From Octopus bimaculoides (Eukaryota), in assembly GCF_001194135.2 (NCBI RefSeq), contig NC_069000.1, positions 7,744,013 to 7,808,012 on the forward strand: a stretch of DNA of 64,000 nucleotides. The letters run 5' to 3'. Positions 40,279 through 54,579 of the stretch are shown piece by piece (the stretch's first letter is position 1; each line of letters opens with the position of its first letter). The notes under the pieces are model-generated. The model was given only the letters and a program-made list of their open reading frames with translations. It had not been told where the DNA came from and ran no database searches. Made by a program: the position numbers and the translations under genes.

Positions 40279-40850
40279 GCATAGAAGGCGTGGTAAAAGA
40301 GACAAATGTATTAAACATCTGAGTGCTGTAAGCTAGCACAAAAAGAATATAAATGCAAGCATGGCTGAGTCAGTAAAAGAGTGCATTGAGATGTTAGCTA
40401 AGTGTAAGGATTCAAAATGACAATAAAGTGGTATGAACACAAGTCAGAAGCTGTGATGAAGAATAATAATTACAAGATTTTATGGGATTTCTCTATAGAG
40501 ACTGACCATACTAATAAAGCAAGGAGACCAAAGAAGATCATAGAGGATGAAGGGGAAAAAAACAATATGGTACTATAGACTTTGAAAAACTATATGATGA
40601 TAGAGTGGATACCAAGAAACAAGGAAGAACCCAGTCCTAAACCAGCGAGATGAAAAGATTGTGTAAGACTAAGATGAGAAATGTTTCTGAGGTAATTGGT
40701 GCACTTAGCTCAACACCCAAACTGCTGCCTACAAGGCTGAAGGATATTGGAATTGAGACGTGCATTGTCAACTTACAGAAAAGTGTCATCCTGCATTCTG
40801 CAAGAATCCTACAAAAGATTGAAATTTGAGGGAACTTGTTGTCACCAAAC
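40279..40850 (+). mobile_element. Decayed 3' fragment of an R4/Dong-type (RLE-endonuclease) non-LTR retrotransposon
   Basis: Translation with stops and frameshifts gives ECCKLAQKEYKCKH..WYEHKSEAVMKNNNYKILWDFSIETDHTNKARRP..VIGALSSTPKLL..IVNLQKSVILHSARILQK. These match zinc-knuckle-adjacent and restriction-like endonuclease motifs of R4-clade elements. Confidence 0.85.
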
Positions 40851-42345
40851 CTGAAGAGAAATATCTGTGCTAATTAAATTAGCATGTAAAAGCAACGACA
40901 AAAATTATTGTTATTATCATTACTAATGAGACAAACAAATAAAAGCTGCAGTGTGTGTGTGTGTGTATGTGTGTTAATCTATTCCAGTTGGAATGTTGGA
41001 ACAATTGGCAGAGATAAGAAACATTAATGGCAGCGTTAATTACTGATTTTGAAATGAAAGAAGACATTTGGATAATAAAAGTAGTTGAGAAAATGTCATA
41101 TTGGAACAAAATTGCTTTTTAATAATCCTTTCTACTGGAGGCACAAGGCCTCAGATTTGTGGGGAGGGGACTAGTTGATTACATCGACCCCAGTGTTTCA
41201 CTGGTACTTAATTTATCGACCCCAAAAGGATGAAAGGCAAAGTCAACCTCGGCAGAATTTGAACTCAGAATATAGCGACGGGCAAAATACTGCTAAGCAT
41301 TTCATCCAGCATGCAGGTTTAGTGATGTGATACAGTCACATCACTAAACTGATGTGACTGTACCAGTAGTAGTGCTGTATTTGTTACCATGGTAACAGTT
41401 AGTAATGTGACTGTATTAAAGCACACAAAAAAGTGATGAATAACAAGAGTTAACAACACTTGCATCAACACCAAGACACAACTGCCATCACACATCATAC
41501 CACCACCACCACCACACTCACACCTTTTACACTACCTCCACCACTACCATCACACCAACACCACATTACCACCACTACCATTAGAGAAAGAATCAAATTT
41601 TCTTGTAAATATCAGTGAAATGTCAATGATAAAGAGAGAGAGAGAGAGAGAGAGTTTAAATCATTTCATCACAGCCGAGATGTGAACTCCAATATTTTGT
41701 GCCAAATACTAGAATCCATGGCAGTCCAATAGCAGGTTGCTTCAGGAAAGCATGAATTTATTGGGAAAGTTTGTATGACACTGATAGAGGAGTTTCAAAT
41801 GTTAAGGACAAAGTCCTCGGTTGAGGAGAGAGAGAAAGGGAGAGAAAGAAAGAGCTCTGCACCAGTCCTCACCACGTAGGTGTCACCTCACTCAACAGAT
41901 GGCATCTAGAAAGCTTCATCCCTTGCACTAACCAATTTGGCTGTGTGATAAGAAGTTTGCTTCCAAATTACATGGTTTTCGGTTCCGTCCTACTGCATGG
42001 CACTTCTACTTTAGCCCCAGGCCAACCCAAGCCTTGTGAGTGGATTTGGTAGATGGGAACCGAAAGAAGCGCATCGTATATGCACACGCACGCATGTGTG
42101 TGTGTGTGTGTTTGTCCTTGCCTTAATTTCACGTGATAGTTGTAAATGAGTGTCACTGTCGTATAAGTGGTGTCGGTCATTTCCAGTCTTTCATGAAAAA
42201 TATGCTTAGGTATAAGAAAATATTCCCTTGCTTGGAAACAAGTGAGGGTTGAGGACAGAAAGGGCATCTAGCTGTAGAAAATCTGCAACAAATTCTGTCT
42301 CACCCATGCAAACATGGAAAAGTAGACATTAAAATAAGGCGGAAG

Positions 42346-42428
<83 letters not shown>

Positions 42429-43375
42429 CATACATACATACATACAAAATTAAGAGGAATGACCACCAAAGTGGACTCCTAATATGCTAAATATAAATGA
42501 ATCAGGCTGTGAGTTGTATTCTTGAGCAAGACACTTTATTTCATGTTGCTCCAGTTCACTCAGCTGTAGACATGAGTTGTGATGTCACCTGTGCCAAGTT
42601 GTATCAGCCTTTGCCTTTCTCTTGGATAAACACAGTGACACGGAGAGGAGAGACTGGTATGCATGGGCGACTGCTGGCTTTCCATAAACAAGCCTGTCCA
42701 GACTTGTGCCTTGGAGAGGAACTTTCTAGGTGCAACCCCATGGCCATTAGTGACCAAAAGGAGTCTTTAACTTTTACATACACAACACCTGTCCCTACAC
42801 CAATAATCTCTTGGCCCAAATCCCAATACCAAATCACCCTAAACTCTCAACAGCATGTCTGCCAACATCAGAGTGATGAAAGCTTTCTGGTACTTTCAAT
42901 ATTTTAGTGAAACAGGGCTGTTGCGTGTGTGATTGCTCTTATAAATACTTTTTAATAACATTCTCCAACCCATGAGTGACCATTTCAACACAGCTAGTCA
43001 ATCCCATCTCAGTATCCAGCATATCCATCCACCATGGGACATCACACTCCGAACATCATCTAGCCTAGGCTCCAACAAACATTTCTTCCTAACTCCACCC
43101 CACTAGCCTGTGCTTATCTCTGGACACCATCAAAAATACTTCCATAATTATTTTGCCTTAATTCTATTTCATCTCACTGTCTTAATATTTTGAATGAGTG
43201 CAAATAAGAACAGGCAAGTGGATACCACTGCTTGCATTGTCCGTGTATATGTGTATGTATCTGCAGTTCTATTATCAATAAATGTGTTTATATGGAGCCT
43301 GGTGTAGCCATCCGGTTGCACCAGTCCTCAGTCAAATCGTCCAACCCATGCTAGCATGGAAAGCGGACGTTAAAC

Positions 43376-43430
<55 letters not shown>

Positions 43431-44364
43431 TGTTTACTGCCATGAATGTGAATATTGCTATTAACATTCTTCTTGTTTCAGTCATGAAACTGGTCAACAC
43501 CACCCAACTTTCTCTTAAAAACTATCTTCCCTTCCTGTTTTAAACTTCCCACTCCTTTAACCCTCCTCCTACTCTCTCTCTCTCCCCTCCTCCTCTAACC
43601 GATTTCCTCACATTCCTATACAGCAACCTCTCTGCCATCCCCCCTCACCTGTTATGTCCAGACACTGTGGACTAAGAACAAAGCAAATGATTTTCTCTTC
43701 CTCCTCTGACAAAACTCTGGAGAGTTCTCTCATGGCATCCTGTGAATTTTAGAAACACACACACGCGCATTTATTTATTCGTGGTGTTGGTACTAATGAA
43801 TGCTATGGATGGTGTTGGTAGTGGATGTTGTGGTGTAACTCCAGACCATCATCATCATTTAAGTCATATTTTCTATGCTGGCATGGGCTGGACAGTTTGA
43901 CAGGAGCTGATAAGACCAGGGGCTACACCAAGTTCCAGAGTCTGTTTCGGTTTGGTCTCTACAGTTGGATGCCCTTCCTAATACCAACCACGTTAATGAG
44001 TGTACTTGATGCACTATACAAACTACAATTAAACAGACGTATGACATGTAGTGAACAGATCCACAGTTCCTGAGAAACATCGCTTAACACAGCTGGAGGC
44101 CCCCATTCCACTGCATATAAGCTAACTCATCATACCCCAAGTCAAACCAACCCACTAAATATAAAATTAGAACACCTCCAACAAAATATTGTTGTGGTGA
44201 TGTGGTCAGGTGGTTGGTGTTTTGGTAGAGTCATCTTGATAATAATTACTCATAAACACGTAGTATTAGCAACACTAGCACACCAAGTAGTGGAATATAA
44301 ATCATAATGGTATTTATTGTAAGCCAGGGTTCTGTTTTACTAAATGCCACAATGTCTCATTTAA

Positions 44365-44589
44365 CTCTTTAGCATTCAGATTGCTCTGTGTCAACTGTAA
44401 AGCTTATTGATTTCCATTGTTTTGAATTAATCGTGCAGAATCTTGTAGTTTCAAGATTTCAACGATTCGATTGTTAATACTTTGAATGATATTGTGCAAG
44501 GTAAATGTGAGAGGCTGAATCTGGTCTGGACAAAAAAAAAAACAGGTAGAATATTTGGGCCTGATATGGCTGGTTTAAATGCTAAAGGA
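44365..44589 (-). mobile_element. piggyBac-type MITE, family P1
   Basis: TTAA|CTCTTTAGCATTC ... AAATGCTAAAGGA|TCAA, in reverse orientation to the 14061 copy. Confidence 0.75.
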
Positions 44590-45196
44590 TCAAAGAAGAT
44601 AAAATGAATTTTGAGAGAGTCTAATCTGTAAGTGGCAACGAAGAAATAATGGTCTCTGAGATCAATCCTAAATATCTCCAAATTCAAGCAAATGAATTCC
44701 ATGGAAGGAACCAATTGTTCCAACTAAATTTTACAATGTCACACATCAACAGAACAGTTGTCAGCAAGAAACAATAGCCAAGTATACAAACCAAATGTTG
44801 TGATAAAGTTTAGAATGTTTTCATTGTTTCAAAGACAAAAATGAAATGAAACAATTACTTGACTCTAACAACAATAAAACCATTAATATAGACAAAAACC
44901 AACCACTGAGAACCACATCAAATAAAAAAAAAACATAGCAGACAAAAACTGAATTTAAAAAATGTAACTGTTTTCATTTGGTTAAAATAATGTCTTTTTG
45001 GTCTATGTTTCACATTTCTAAGTGACAATACCAAATATTTTTAATTTCTCAACAGATTTTCTCCTTTTGGAGAAACAACACATTCTCTAATGGCAGAATT
45101 TGTCAATGAATCTGTCTCGAATACTCATTACTTTTACTAATTAGATCAAACCATATAAACAAGCTACAACTACATCTTTTTCTTTAATTGGAAGCT

Positions 45197-45237
<41 letters not shown>

Positions 45238-45249
45238 CATATGTGTGTA

Positions 45250-45294
<45 letters not shown>

Positions 45295-45295
45295 T

Positions 45296-45337
<42 letters not shown>

Positions 45338-46249
45338 CATGTGTGTATGTGAGAGAGAGATTTTCTAAAAATAATCTCCATTATGGCTACACTTGTCTGT
45401 CTAGTTTCTGGTTTGGTTCGTTTTAGGGTTTTTTTTTTATTTCTATTTATTCATTTTGTTTTACTTCTTTTGAAGCATTCAGCTTCTTTATTGATTCTAT
45501 TTAGNNNNNNNNNNNNNNNNNNNNNNNNNNNNNNNNNNNNNNNNNNNNNNNNNNNNNNNNNNNNNNNNNNNNNNNNNNNNNNNNNNNNNNNNNNNNNNNN
45601 NNNNNNNNNNNNNNNNNNNNNNNNNNNNNNNNNNNNNNNNNNNNNNNNNNNNNNNNNNNNNNNNNNNNNNNNNNNNNNNNNNNNNNNNNNNNNNNNNNNN
45701 NNNNNNNNNNNNNNNNNNNNNNNNNNNNNNNNNNNNNNNNNNNNNNNNNNNNNNNNNNNNNNNNNNNNNNNNNNNNNNNNNNNNNNNNNNNNNNNNNNNN
45801 NNNNNNNNNNNNNNNNNNNNNNNNNATATATATATATATACATGCACACTCACGCGCGCGCTACTTTAAAGATTGCACATTTGGCAATGACAATGGGTTT
45901 TGTATATGATGCCTATTTAGTACTTGTTCTTATGATTATATAATGTTCATTTATAGGCATATAATGTGGTTGCTTGACCACCTAGAATTAGTAACCAAAT
46001 ATCATCCTATGATCTTAAAGAACAAATTAGATAAAGTAATCGCTAACAAAAATACAGGATGGCCATTGCTAGATTACATTTAAATATATGCATACGTGTG
46101 TGTGTGTGTATGCAAACAGATACACACACACACACACACACACTACTGGCAAGCTGAGTGACTATACATACAAACTTTATCTCTCCAATCACTTTCCATT
46201 GCTTTCTATTTTTACCATTATCTCTCTGCAACATTCTTTTTATTCATCC

Positions 46250-47060
46250 ATCTTCAGTCACTTCAATTGTCCATCTTCAGTCGCTTCAATTGTCCATCTT
46301 TAGTCTCTTCCTCTGTCTGATTTCAACTGTCCATCTTTGATTTCTTCAACTGTCCATCTTTGATTTCTTCAACTGTCCATCTTTGATTTCTTCAACTGTC
46401 CATCTTTNNNNNNNNNNNNNNNNNNNNNNNNNNNNNNNNNNNNNNNNNNNNNNNNNNNNNNNNNNNNNNNNNNNNNNNNNNNNNNNNNNNNNNNNNNNNN
46501 NNNNNNNNNNNNNNNNNNNNNNNNNNNNNNNNNNNNNNNNNNNNNNNNNNNNNNNNNNNNNNNNNNNNNNNNNNNNNNNNNNNNNNNNNNNNNNNNNNNN
46601 NNNNNNNNNNNNNNNNNNNNNNNNNNNNNNNNNNNNNNNNNNNNNNNNNNNNNNNNNNNNNNNNNNNNNNNNNNNNNNNNNNNNNNNNNNNNNNNNNNNN
46701 NNNNNNNNNNNNNNNNNNNNNNNNNNNNNNNNNNNNNNNNNNNNNNNNNNNNNNNNNNNNNNNNNNNNNNNNNNNNNNNNNNNNNNNNNNNNNNNNNNNN
46801 NNNNNNNNNNNNNNNNNNNNNNNNNNNNNNNNNNNNNNNNNNNNNNNNNNNNNNNNNNNNNNNNNNNNNNNNNNNTCCATCTTTGATTTCTTCAACTGTC
46901 CATCTTTGATTTCTTCAACTGTCCATCTTTGATTTCTTCAACTGTCCATCTTTGATTTCCTCAACTGTCCATCTTTGATTTCTTTAACTGTCCATCTTTG
47001 ATTTCTTTAACTGTCCATCTTTGATTTCTTCAACTGTCCATCTTTCATTTCTTTCATTGC
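46250..47060. repeat. 23-bp minisatellite (TTTGATTTCTTCAACTGTCCATC) spanning an N gap
   Basis: The same unit is present on both sides of the gap. Confidence 0.9.
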
Positions 47061-47302
47061 CCACTTTTAATATCTTTGCCTATTTTTAATCTATTCGTCT
47101 ATCATTAACTAATTTATCCATCTATTTTTAATCACTTTCTTATCTTACTCTCAATGTGATTGATCATTGCGTCAGTATGAATGTGTCCCAAATGTCAATC
47201 CATCAAGCATGTCACTATATGTATGACTGTAATTATGTATGTGTGTATTGAAATTTTTCTGAATTATATGGTATCCATTGGGTGATGATTGTTAATTTAA
47301 AA

Positions 47303-47460
47303 CAGTGGTTCCCAACAGGGGTTCATATAACCCTTTGGTGTCCATATAAGATTTTATTGTTAAAATTTATCTCCAAAACTAGTGTTGCATTTATATTCTG
47401 TCTATATGTCATGACTGAGAAGTTTGACAGAGAGAGATAAATAATATAAATACTAGGAGG
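47303..47460 (+). mobile_element. hAT-type MITE terminus fragment
   Basis: It starts CAGTGGTTCCCAAC, a typical hAT terminus. No matching right end was found. Confidence 0.35.
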
Positions 47461-48105
47461 GGGGGGGGCGCAATCTGATTGACTAAATAATAATAAAGGA
47501 AACACAGAATGTGTGCGGGGAGAGAGAGAGAGAGAGATTATGTGTAAAGCAAATAGTGAGAGAAGGAGCTAAGATAAATATAACTATATCATATCTCTCA
47601 CTGACTGGAGAATGTTTAAGCTTGTTTTTGCTAAGATACTTCGAGGTATAAAAGCTGTGTTTAACCGAAATATATGTAGGGCAAGTAGAGTAAGTTGTCT
47701 TGCTTAAGATAGACTTTTGTGGCAGATCACTTTACTTTACATAAACTAAACTGAAGTAAGCAATGTGAGGGGGTCTTTTCTTTGTGGTAGATTGATCGAA
47801 GCAATGCAAGGTACCCTCTATCAACCTACAATAAGTGAAGCTATGTAATGTACCTTGCCTCCAAGTGAGACCTAATTAGAGACTTCAGTAATATTGGAAG
47901 TAGCAGCACACCCCACCACTGCATGTGTGTGTGTGGCAGGGTGGGGGAGACAGACAGACAGCCGAATGTGACAGTGTAAGTGGCTGGAAGAGCCAGCTAC
48001 TGTGGTACTACAGAAGTGTTGTGTAAATGGCTGGGTGGTGAGAAAGCAGTAAAGATATATATGTATGTCAATAAGGAAGAGAGAGGTGAGGTGAATGAGG
48101 GTTAG

Positions 48106-48157
<52 letters not shown>

Positions 48158-49235
48158 CTCCCAATATCTCACCACCCTACCAACCTTAGTGACACTTCAC
48201 TTCACCCAAACTGTCAGTAAAAAGATCTCTGGAGAGGATTATATATCATAAACTAACAGACATTTAAAAAAAAAGAGCTGTTACAACCTCAATTATACCT
48301 ACCCATAAAACTATATCTTTTTCTCTTTTACTTGTCTCAGTCACGAGACTGTGGCCACTCCCACACCCCGGGTACTTATTTTCTTACCCCCCTCCCAATA
48401 CTTATTTTATCAGTCTCTTTAACCAAACTGCTAAGTTATGGGGACGTAAACACACCAACACTGGTTGTCAAGCAATGGTGCGGGACAAACACAGACACAC
48501 ACACACATTGGGATTCTTTCAGTTTCTGTCTACCAAACCTGTTCACAATGCTTTGGTCAGCTCAAGGTTATAGTAGAAGTCACTTGCTGAAGGTACCACA
48601 CAGTGAGACTGAACCTGGAACCATGTGATCAGGAAGCAAGCTTCTTACAGCACAGCAGTATGTGCGTGTGTATATATATCATCATCATCGTTTAACGTCC
48701 GCTTTCCATGCTAGCATGGGTTGGACGATTTGACTGAGGACTGGTGAAACCGGATGGCAACACCAGGCTCCAGTCTGATNNNNNNNNNNNNNNNNNNNNN
48801 NNNNNNNNNNNNNNNNNNNNNNNNNNNNNNNNNNNNNNNNNNNNNNNNNNNNNNNNNNNNNNNNNNNNNNNNNNNNNNNNNNNNNNNNNNNNNNNNNNNN
48901 NNNNNNNNNNNNNNNNNNNNNNNNNNNNNNNNNNNNNNNNNNNNNNNNNNNNNNNNNNNNNNNNNNNNNNNNNNNNNNNNNNNNNNNNNNNNNNNNNNNN
49001 NNNNNNNNNNNNNNNNNNNNNNNNNNNNNNNNNNNNNNNNNNNNNNNNNNNNNNNNNNNNNNNNNNNNNNNNNNNNNNNNNNNNNNNNNNNNNNNNNNNN
49101 NNNNNNNNNNNNNNNNNNNNNNNNNNNNNNNNNNNNNNNNNNNNNNNNNNNNNNNNNNNNNNNNNNNNNNNNNNNNNNNNNNNNNNNNNNNNNNNNNNNN
49201 NNNNNNNNNNNNNNNNNNNNNNNNNNNNNNNNNNN

Positions 49236-49311
<76 letters not shown>

Positions 49312-49468
49312 GGGAGAGGGAGACAATATATATCTCATCATTCATCATCTATTAATGTCCATCATCCATGCTGGCATTGGTTCACACACATACATTATAC
49401 ACACACATATACACACTATATAAATATATATATATATATATAAACACACATATCTCCCTCTCTCTCTC

Positions 49469-49500
<32 letters not shown>

Positions 49501-51203
49501 TGCGTGTGTGGTAAGAAGCTTGCTTCCCAACCATATATTTCCAAGTTCAGTCCCACTGCGTAGCACTTTGGGGAAGTGTTTTCTACTATAGCTTTGGGCC
49601 AACCAAAGCGGAAACTGAAAGAAGGCTGCCATGTATGTGTATGTCCCCTTAACTTAGCCAATTTGGCAAAGAGACCAATAGAATAAGTACTAGGCTTAAA
49701 AAAAAAAAAAACATGTCCTGGGATCAATGTTTGACTAAAACCCTTCAAGGCAGTGCCCCAGCATGGCCACAGTCAAAGACAATGGACAGATCCTCTATAA
49801 ATGAGATATAAGAAGCCTACAAACTGGAAAGGATTTAGTCAAGCAACATAAAAAACAAGACAAGGAGGTTGAAGAAAGTGATAAACATGAGGTTAACTGT
49901 GAGTTGAGGTTGCGTTTTTGCCTAACTACAGTTTACTGGCTGACTAATAAAAGGCTTGAACTTAAGACTGTTGAAATGGTAGACCAATATCTTAACTAGT
50001 TCATCAACACACACACACACTGTCACATGCAAACTATCAACACTTAGTCACAAATATTCACCATCATACCTCTTTCTTACACATTAAATTTTATTCCAAC
50101 ACATTTATAAATAGTTAAGTAGAAAGATGCTGAAGTGGTCAATAATTTTAAACACTTCATTGTTAAATATGGAATCATAGATGAAATTCTGAGTGTTTTA
50201 CTGAAATTATGGGGGAGGGGAGGGGGGCTTATAGAAGTACGTACTTTACACAGCTCTCTCTTTCTCTCTCTTCCACACATACATGCACACGCAGATGCAT
50301 GTGTGTATCTGTATCATCATTGTTTTAACATCCACATTTCCATGCTTGCATGGGTCAGACAGAGTTTATGGAGGCAGATATTTTATGGCTAGATGTATAA
50401 TTCTACGGCCTTCTTGTAAGCAACCCACACCTATTTCCTGGCAAGCTAATATTTCCCTGTGACCAGTAATATATTCTAAATATACTATATAATCCCCAAT
50501 AGCTCTGTTCTTTAACTAGCTTCCATCATCAGACAACAGGGAAGGGGTAGATTGTTATATGAACATCCAATATGTTGGTCCTGTGTTTATTTCAATGTTC
50601 CACTCACATATAAATTACAAAGTCAATACCCATGTTAGTTCATCAGACCTAACGTACCTCTGGGTGTTTATGTTTCAAGGGACCAGTTCTCCCCCATGCT
50701 GATATAAAGACATACACACATCTGCGACATTGTAGAACTTCAGTCAATATTTGATGAAGAGGAATTTGTGTCCTTGTTTGGGATTTTGCGTCTCTTGTTT
50801 GTTTAACGCATGTTATCTGTGCTTAATAAAAACACACATATCAAATACACTCACCATTATATGGTCACACACACACCATACATATCACTTATACACAGAT
50901 TACACACAATCACATACATGCAGACAATGCATTACACACACACCATTATATAGTCACACATACCATACATATCATTTACATACTATCAAATACAAACACA
51001 GGCACACACACACACACACACACTATTATATAGTCAGATACACCACACATATCGTATAGATGCAGACTCATACATCACACGCAATCACATCACGCACTCA
51101 CATTACAAGCACAGCTCTGTGGTTAAGTCCTCCCACAACATAGCTCGGAGTTGACCCAATGCCTTGTCGCTTAATTTGGTAGGCGAAAATTGAATAAAAG
51201 CCC

Positions 51204-51238
<35 letters not shown>

Positions 51239-52149
51239 TATTCTTTCAGTGTACAATCACAAACTGAAAAGTAAATATTGACTCTGTTCAGTAACATCCA
51301 AGCAGATGTGTCAAATAGGTACCCATGCTTTCTTGTTTGTATGAGTTTGTTTTTTTTTGTTTTGTTTTTTTGGGGGAGGTATTCAAAATATTTTCAGATT
51401 CCTGTTTTTAACACTAGAGATTACGATTTTTTTTTTTTCAAAAATATAGATTTCCAAATTTTTAATCCCCCCCCCCCTCTTCTCCCAAACACACACACAT
51501 CCGTCTTTGTTTTTAACTTTTTAATGGGAATTTTTGTGGAGGATTTCCACTTTTGAAAATATGAAGATAGCATTTCTGTAAAAAAAAAAAATTTCGTTTC
51601 AAAGTATCAATGCTAATTGCTAACAATAATTATCCACTTACAGTTTGTGATGATAAATTGAAAGAGTGCTGTGTGTGTGTGTGAGCTCTTTCCTCATTGG
51701 ATGTTGGTTTGCTTACACTTACATAACTTAGCAGTTTGGCAAAAGGAGAATAAGAAAATAAACAGCAGATTTAAAATAAGTACTAAGGTGCCCCAGTATG
51801 GCCATAGCCCCATGAATGAAACAAAGAAAAGAATACACACACATATTATCATATCTTATCCAGTATTTATAATCAACCAATGAAATATATCATCAGTTTA
51901 CGTCCACATTCCATGCTGGCATGGGTTAGATGGGTTTTCAAAGTCCAAGTTAGTTCTTACTGAGAGCCACTACTCTTGTAGACTGATGCCCATACATTTC
52001 ATTTTGACTTAGTCTCTACAGCAGGATACTCTTCCTATAACAACCATGCTACAGAGTGTACTGGGTGCATTTTTCATGTCATCAGCATGAAGTTAAAGAT
52101 AAATCCAAATTGTGTGGGTTGAATAAGGTAATGTAAGTTCCAGAAGTAC

Positions 52150-52480
52150 CAGAGTGTCTCTCTGAGACAAGACTCGGTCAGTCTGGCAATTACAGCTAGG
52201 GAGACTGACTGGATAGCAATGGGAAGGTGATGAATTGTCACCTGTTTTTGAAGGGTGGAATAATGCTGGCAATTTTCCAGTTCTGGGACAATGCTGTTAT
52301 TTAGGCAGAATTGGGAAAGTAAAAAGAGCTGGTGTAATAGAAAGAAGACATCACATCTGAGAAGTTAATAAGTAAAATCAACAAGACCACAAGAAGCATA
52401 GTTGTGCATACTCTAGAGATGGCATCACAGCATTGCAGGAGTACATTCAACAGATGTTATGAAATTTAATGCATCTTGGA
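52150..52480 (-). mobile_element. Decayed LINE reverse-transcriptase remnant (CR1/L2/Jockey group)
   Basis: The minus strand reads NWKIASIIPPFK then, after a frameshift, KTGDNSSPSHCYPVSL. This matches the conserved WKxAxIxPxxKKGDxSxPxNYRPISL block preceding the RT core. Confidence 0.7.
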
Positions 52481-53091
52481 CAAGTGCCTTCTACTACAGT
52501 CTGATGACAAACAAGATATATATATGTATATATATATATATNNNNNNNNNNNNNNNNNNNNNNNNNNNNNNNNNNNNNNNNNNNNNNNNNNNNNNNNNNN
52601 NNNNNNNNNNNNNNNNNNNNNNNNNNNNNNNNNNNNNNNNNNNNNNNNNNNNNNNNNNNNNNNNNNNNNNNNNNNNNNNNNNNNNNNNNNNNNNNNNNNN
52701 NNNNNNNNNNNNNNNNNNNNNNNNNNNNNNNNNNNNNNNNNNNNNNNNNNNNNNNNNNNNNNNNNNNNNNNNNNNNNNNNNNNNNNNNNNNNNNNNNNNN
52801 NNNNNNNNNNNNNNNNNNNNNNNNNNNNNNNNNNNNNNNNNNNNNNNNNNNNNNNNNNNNNNNNNNNNNNNNNNNNNNNNNNNNNNNNNNNNNNNNNNNN
52901 NNNNNNNNNNNNNNNNNNNNNNNNNNNNNNNNNNNNNNNNNNNNNNNNNNNNNNNNNNNNNNNNNNNNNNNNNNNNNNNNNNNNNNNNNNNNNNNNNNNN
53001 NNNNNNNNNNNNNNNNNNNNNNNNNNNNNNNNNNNNNNNNNNNNNNNNNNNNNNNNNNNNNNNNNNNNNNNNNNNNNNNNNNNNNNNNNNN

Positions 53092-53125
<34 letters not shown>

Positions 53126-53570
53126 TGTGTGTTGTATATAATTTACACATGAATACACATATGTAGACCAATTGAATGTATGTACAAATATATGTATGCA
53201 CATTTTGTAGATCATGATTATATGTATAGATATACACACACACACACACACACACAAATATGTAGGCCAGGTGTATACACACAAACATACTCCAGGTGTA
53301 TATACACATGGCTTCAATTAAAAAAGCTTATATACACTTCCACTTCCTCTCTTCATTTATCAAATCTCACTTGACTTTTACTAAACCTAAGGGAATGAGG
53401 GTGGGGAGGGAAATAGATAAGGGATGCCCCCCCGCACCCACTACACACACAGACCCCCAGCCGAGACACAGCACTTTCTCCACATTGTAATTAACTATTA
53501 TAGAAGGTAACATGTATAAATGGGTACATGCGTGTGTATGTGTGTATATATATATGTATATATATATATA

Positions 53571-53730
53571 GGGTGCGATGGGTAAATTGTCGCCATTTTA
53601 TATTTTTAATTTTGCGCATGCACATGCTATGTTTTTGTCGACTACACAGTGTAGTAGGGTCAGTTGGACACCGTCTGTGAGAAAAACAGCACCATGAAGC
53701 AATTCACTCGGCCAGAAATTTGGAAATGAC
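53571..53730 (+). mobile_element. Probable Tc1/mariner 5' end fragment inserted in (TA)n
   Basis: It begins at TA|GGGTGCGATGGGTAAATTGTCGCC, is CpG-rich relative to its flanks and has an ATG at about 53694. Only one end is seen. Confidence 0.35.
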
Positions 53731-53852
53731 ATGCTGTACTGCTTGGCATTTGTGCCAGAAGCTTAGGCAAGTGTCTGCTACTATAGCCTCGGGCTGATCA
53801 AAGCCTTGTGAGTGGATTTGGTAGACAGAAACTGAAAGAAGCCCATCATATA

Positions 53853-53914
<62 letters not shown>

Positions 53915-54510
53915 TTTGTGTTTGTTCCTCCACCATTGCTTGACAACCAATGTTGGTATGTTTATGTCCCCGTAAATTAGCAGTTCGGCAAAAGAGACCA
54001 ATAGAATAGGTGCTAGGCCTACAAAGAATAAGTCCTGGGGTCAATTTGTTCAACTAAAAATCAAGTGACTGAAACAAGTAAAAGAATAAAAGAATACATA
54101 TGTACACACATATATATATATGCACATATGTATGGATATCTATATGATTATCTATCGATAATATATACACACACACATGCACGATTGTATGGTTAACTTT
54201 GCAATGTTGAGATTTTAATTTCAGTTCCACTGTGTGGCACACTGGGGCAAGTGTCCTCTACCATAGCTCCAGATTAGCTAATGCCCAGTGAGTGAAAATG
54301 GTAGATGGAAACTGTACATGAGCCTGTCACACACACACACGTGTGTGTGTGTGTGTGCCTGTTTCATCACTTCTCTAATTATGTAACTTAGCAGACCAGC
54401 AAAAAGGGAGTGATACAATAAGTATCAGGTTTAAAACAAGTACTGGATTCAATTTGATCAACTGAAATACTTCACAGTAGTTTCCCAGCATGTCTCCAAT
54501 CAAACGCCAA

Positions 54511-54545
<35 letters not shown>

Positions 54546-54579
54546 ACATGAATTATATACACACATGCACACATACACA

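Noticed and set aside
50658-50698. 41-nt minus exon candidate with GAG|GTACGT donor
   Set aside because: Its only open frame is phase-incompatible with the supported exons; it could only be a UTR exon, and there is no support for that.
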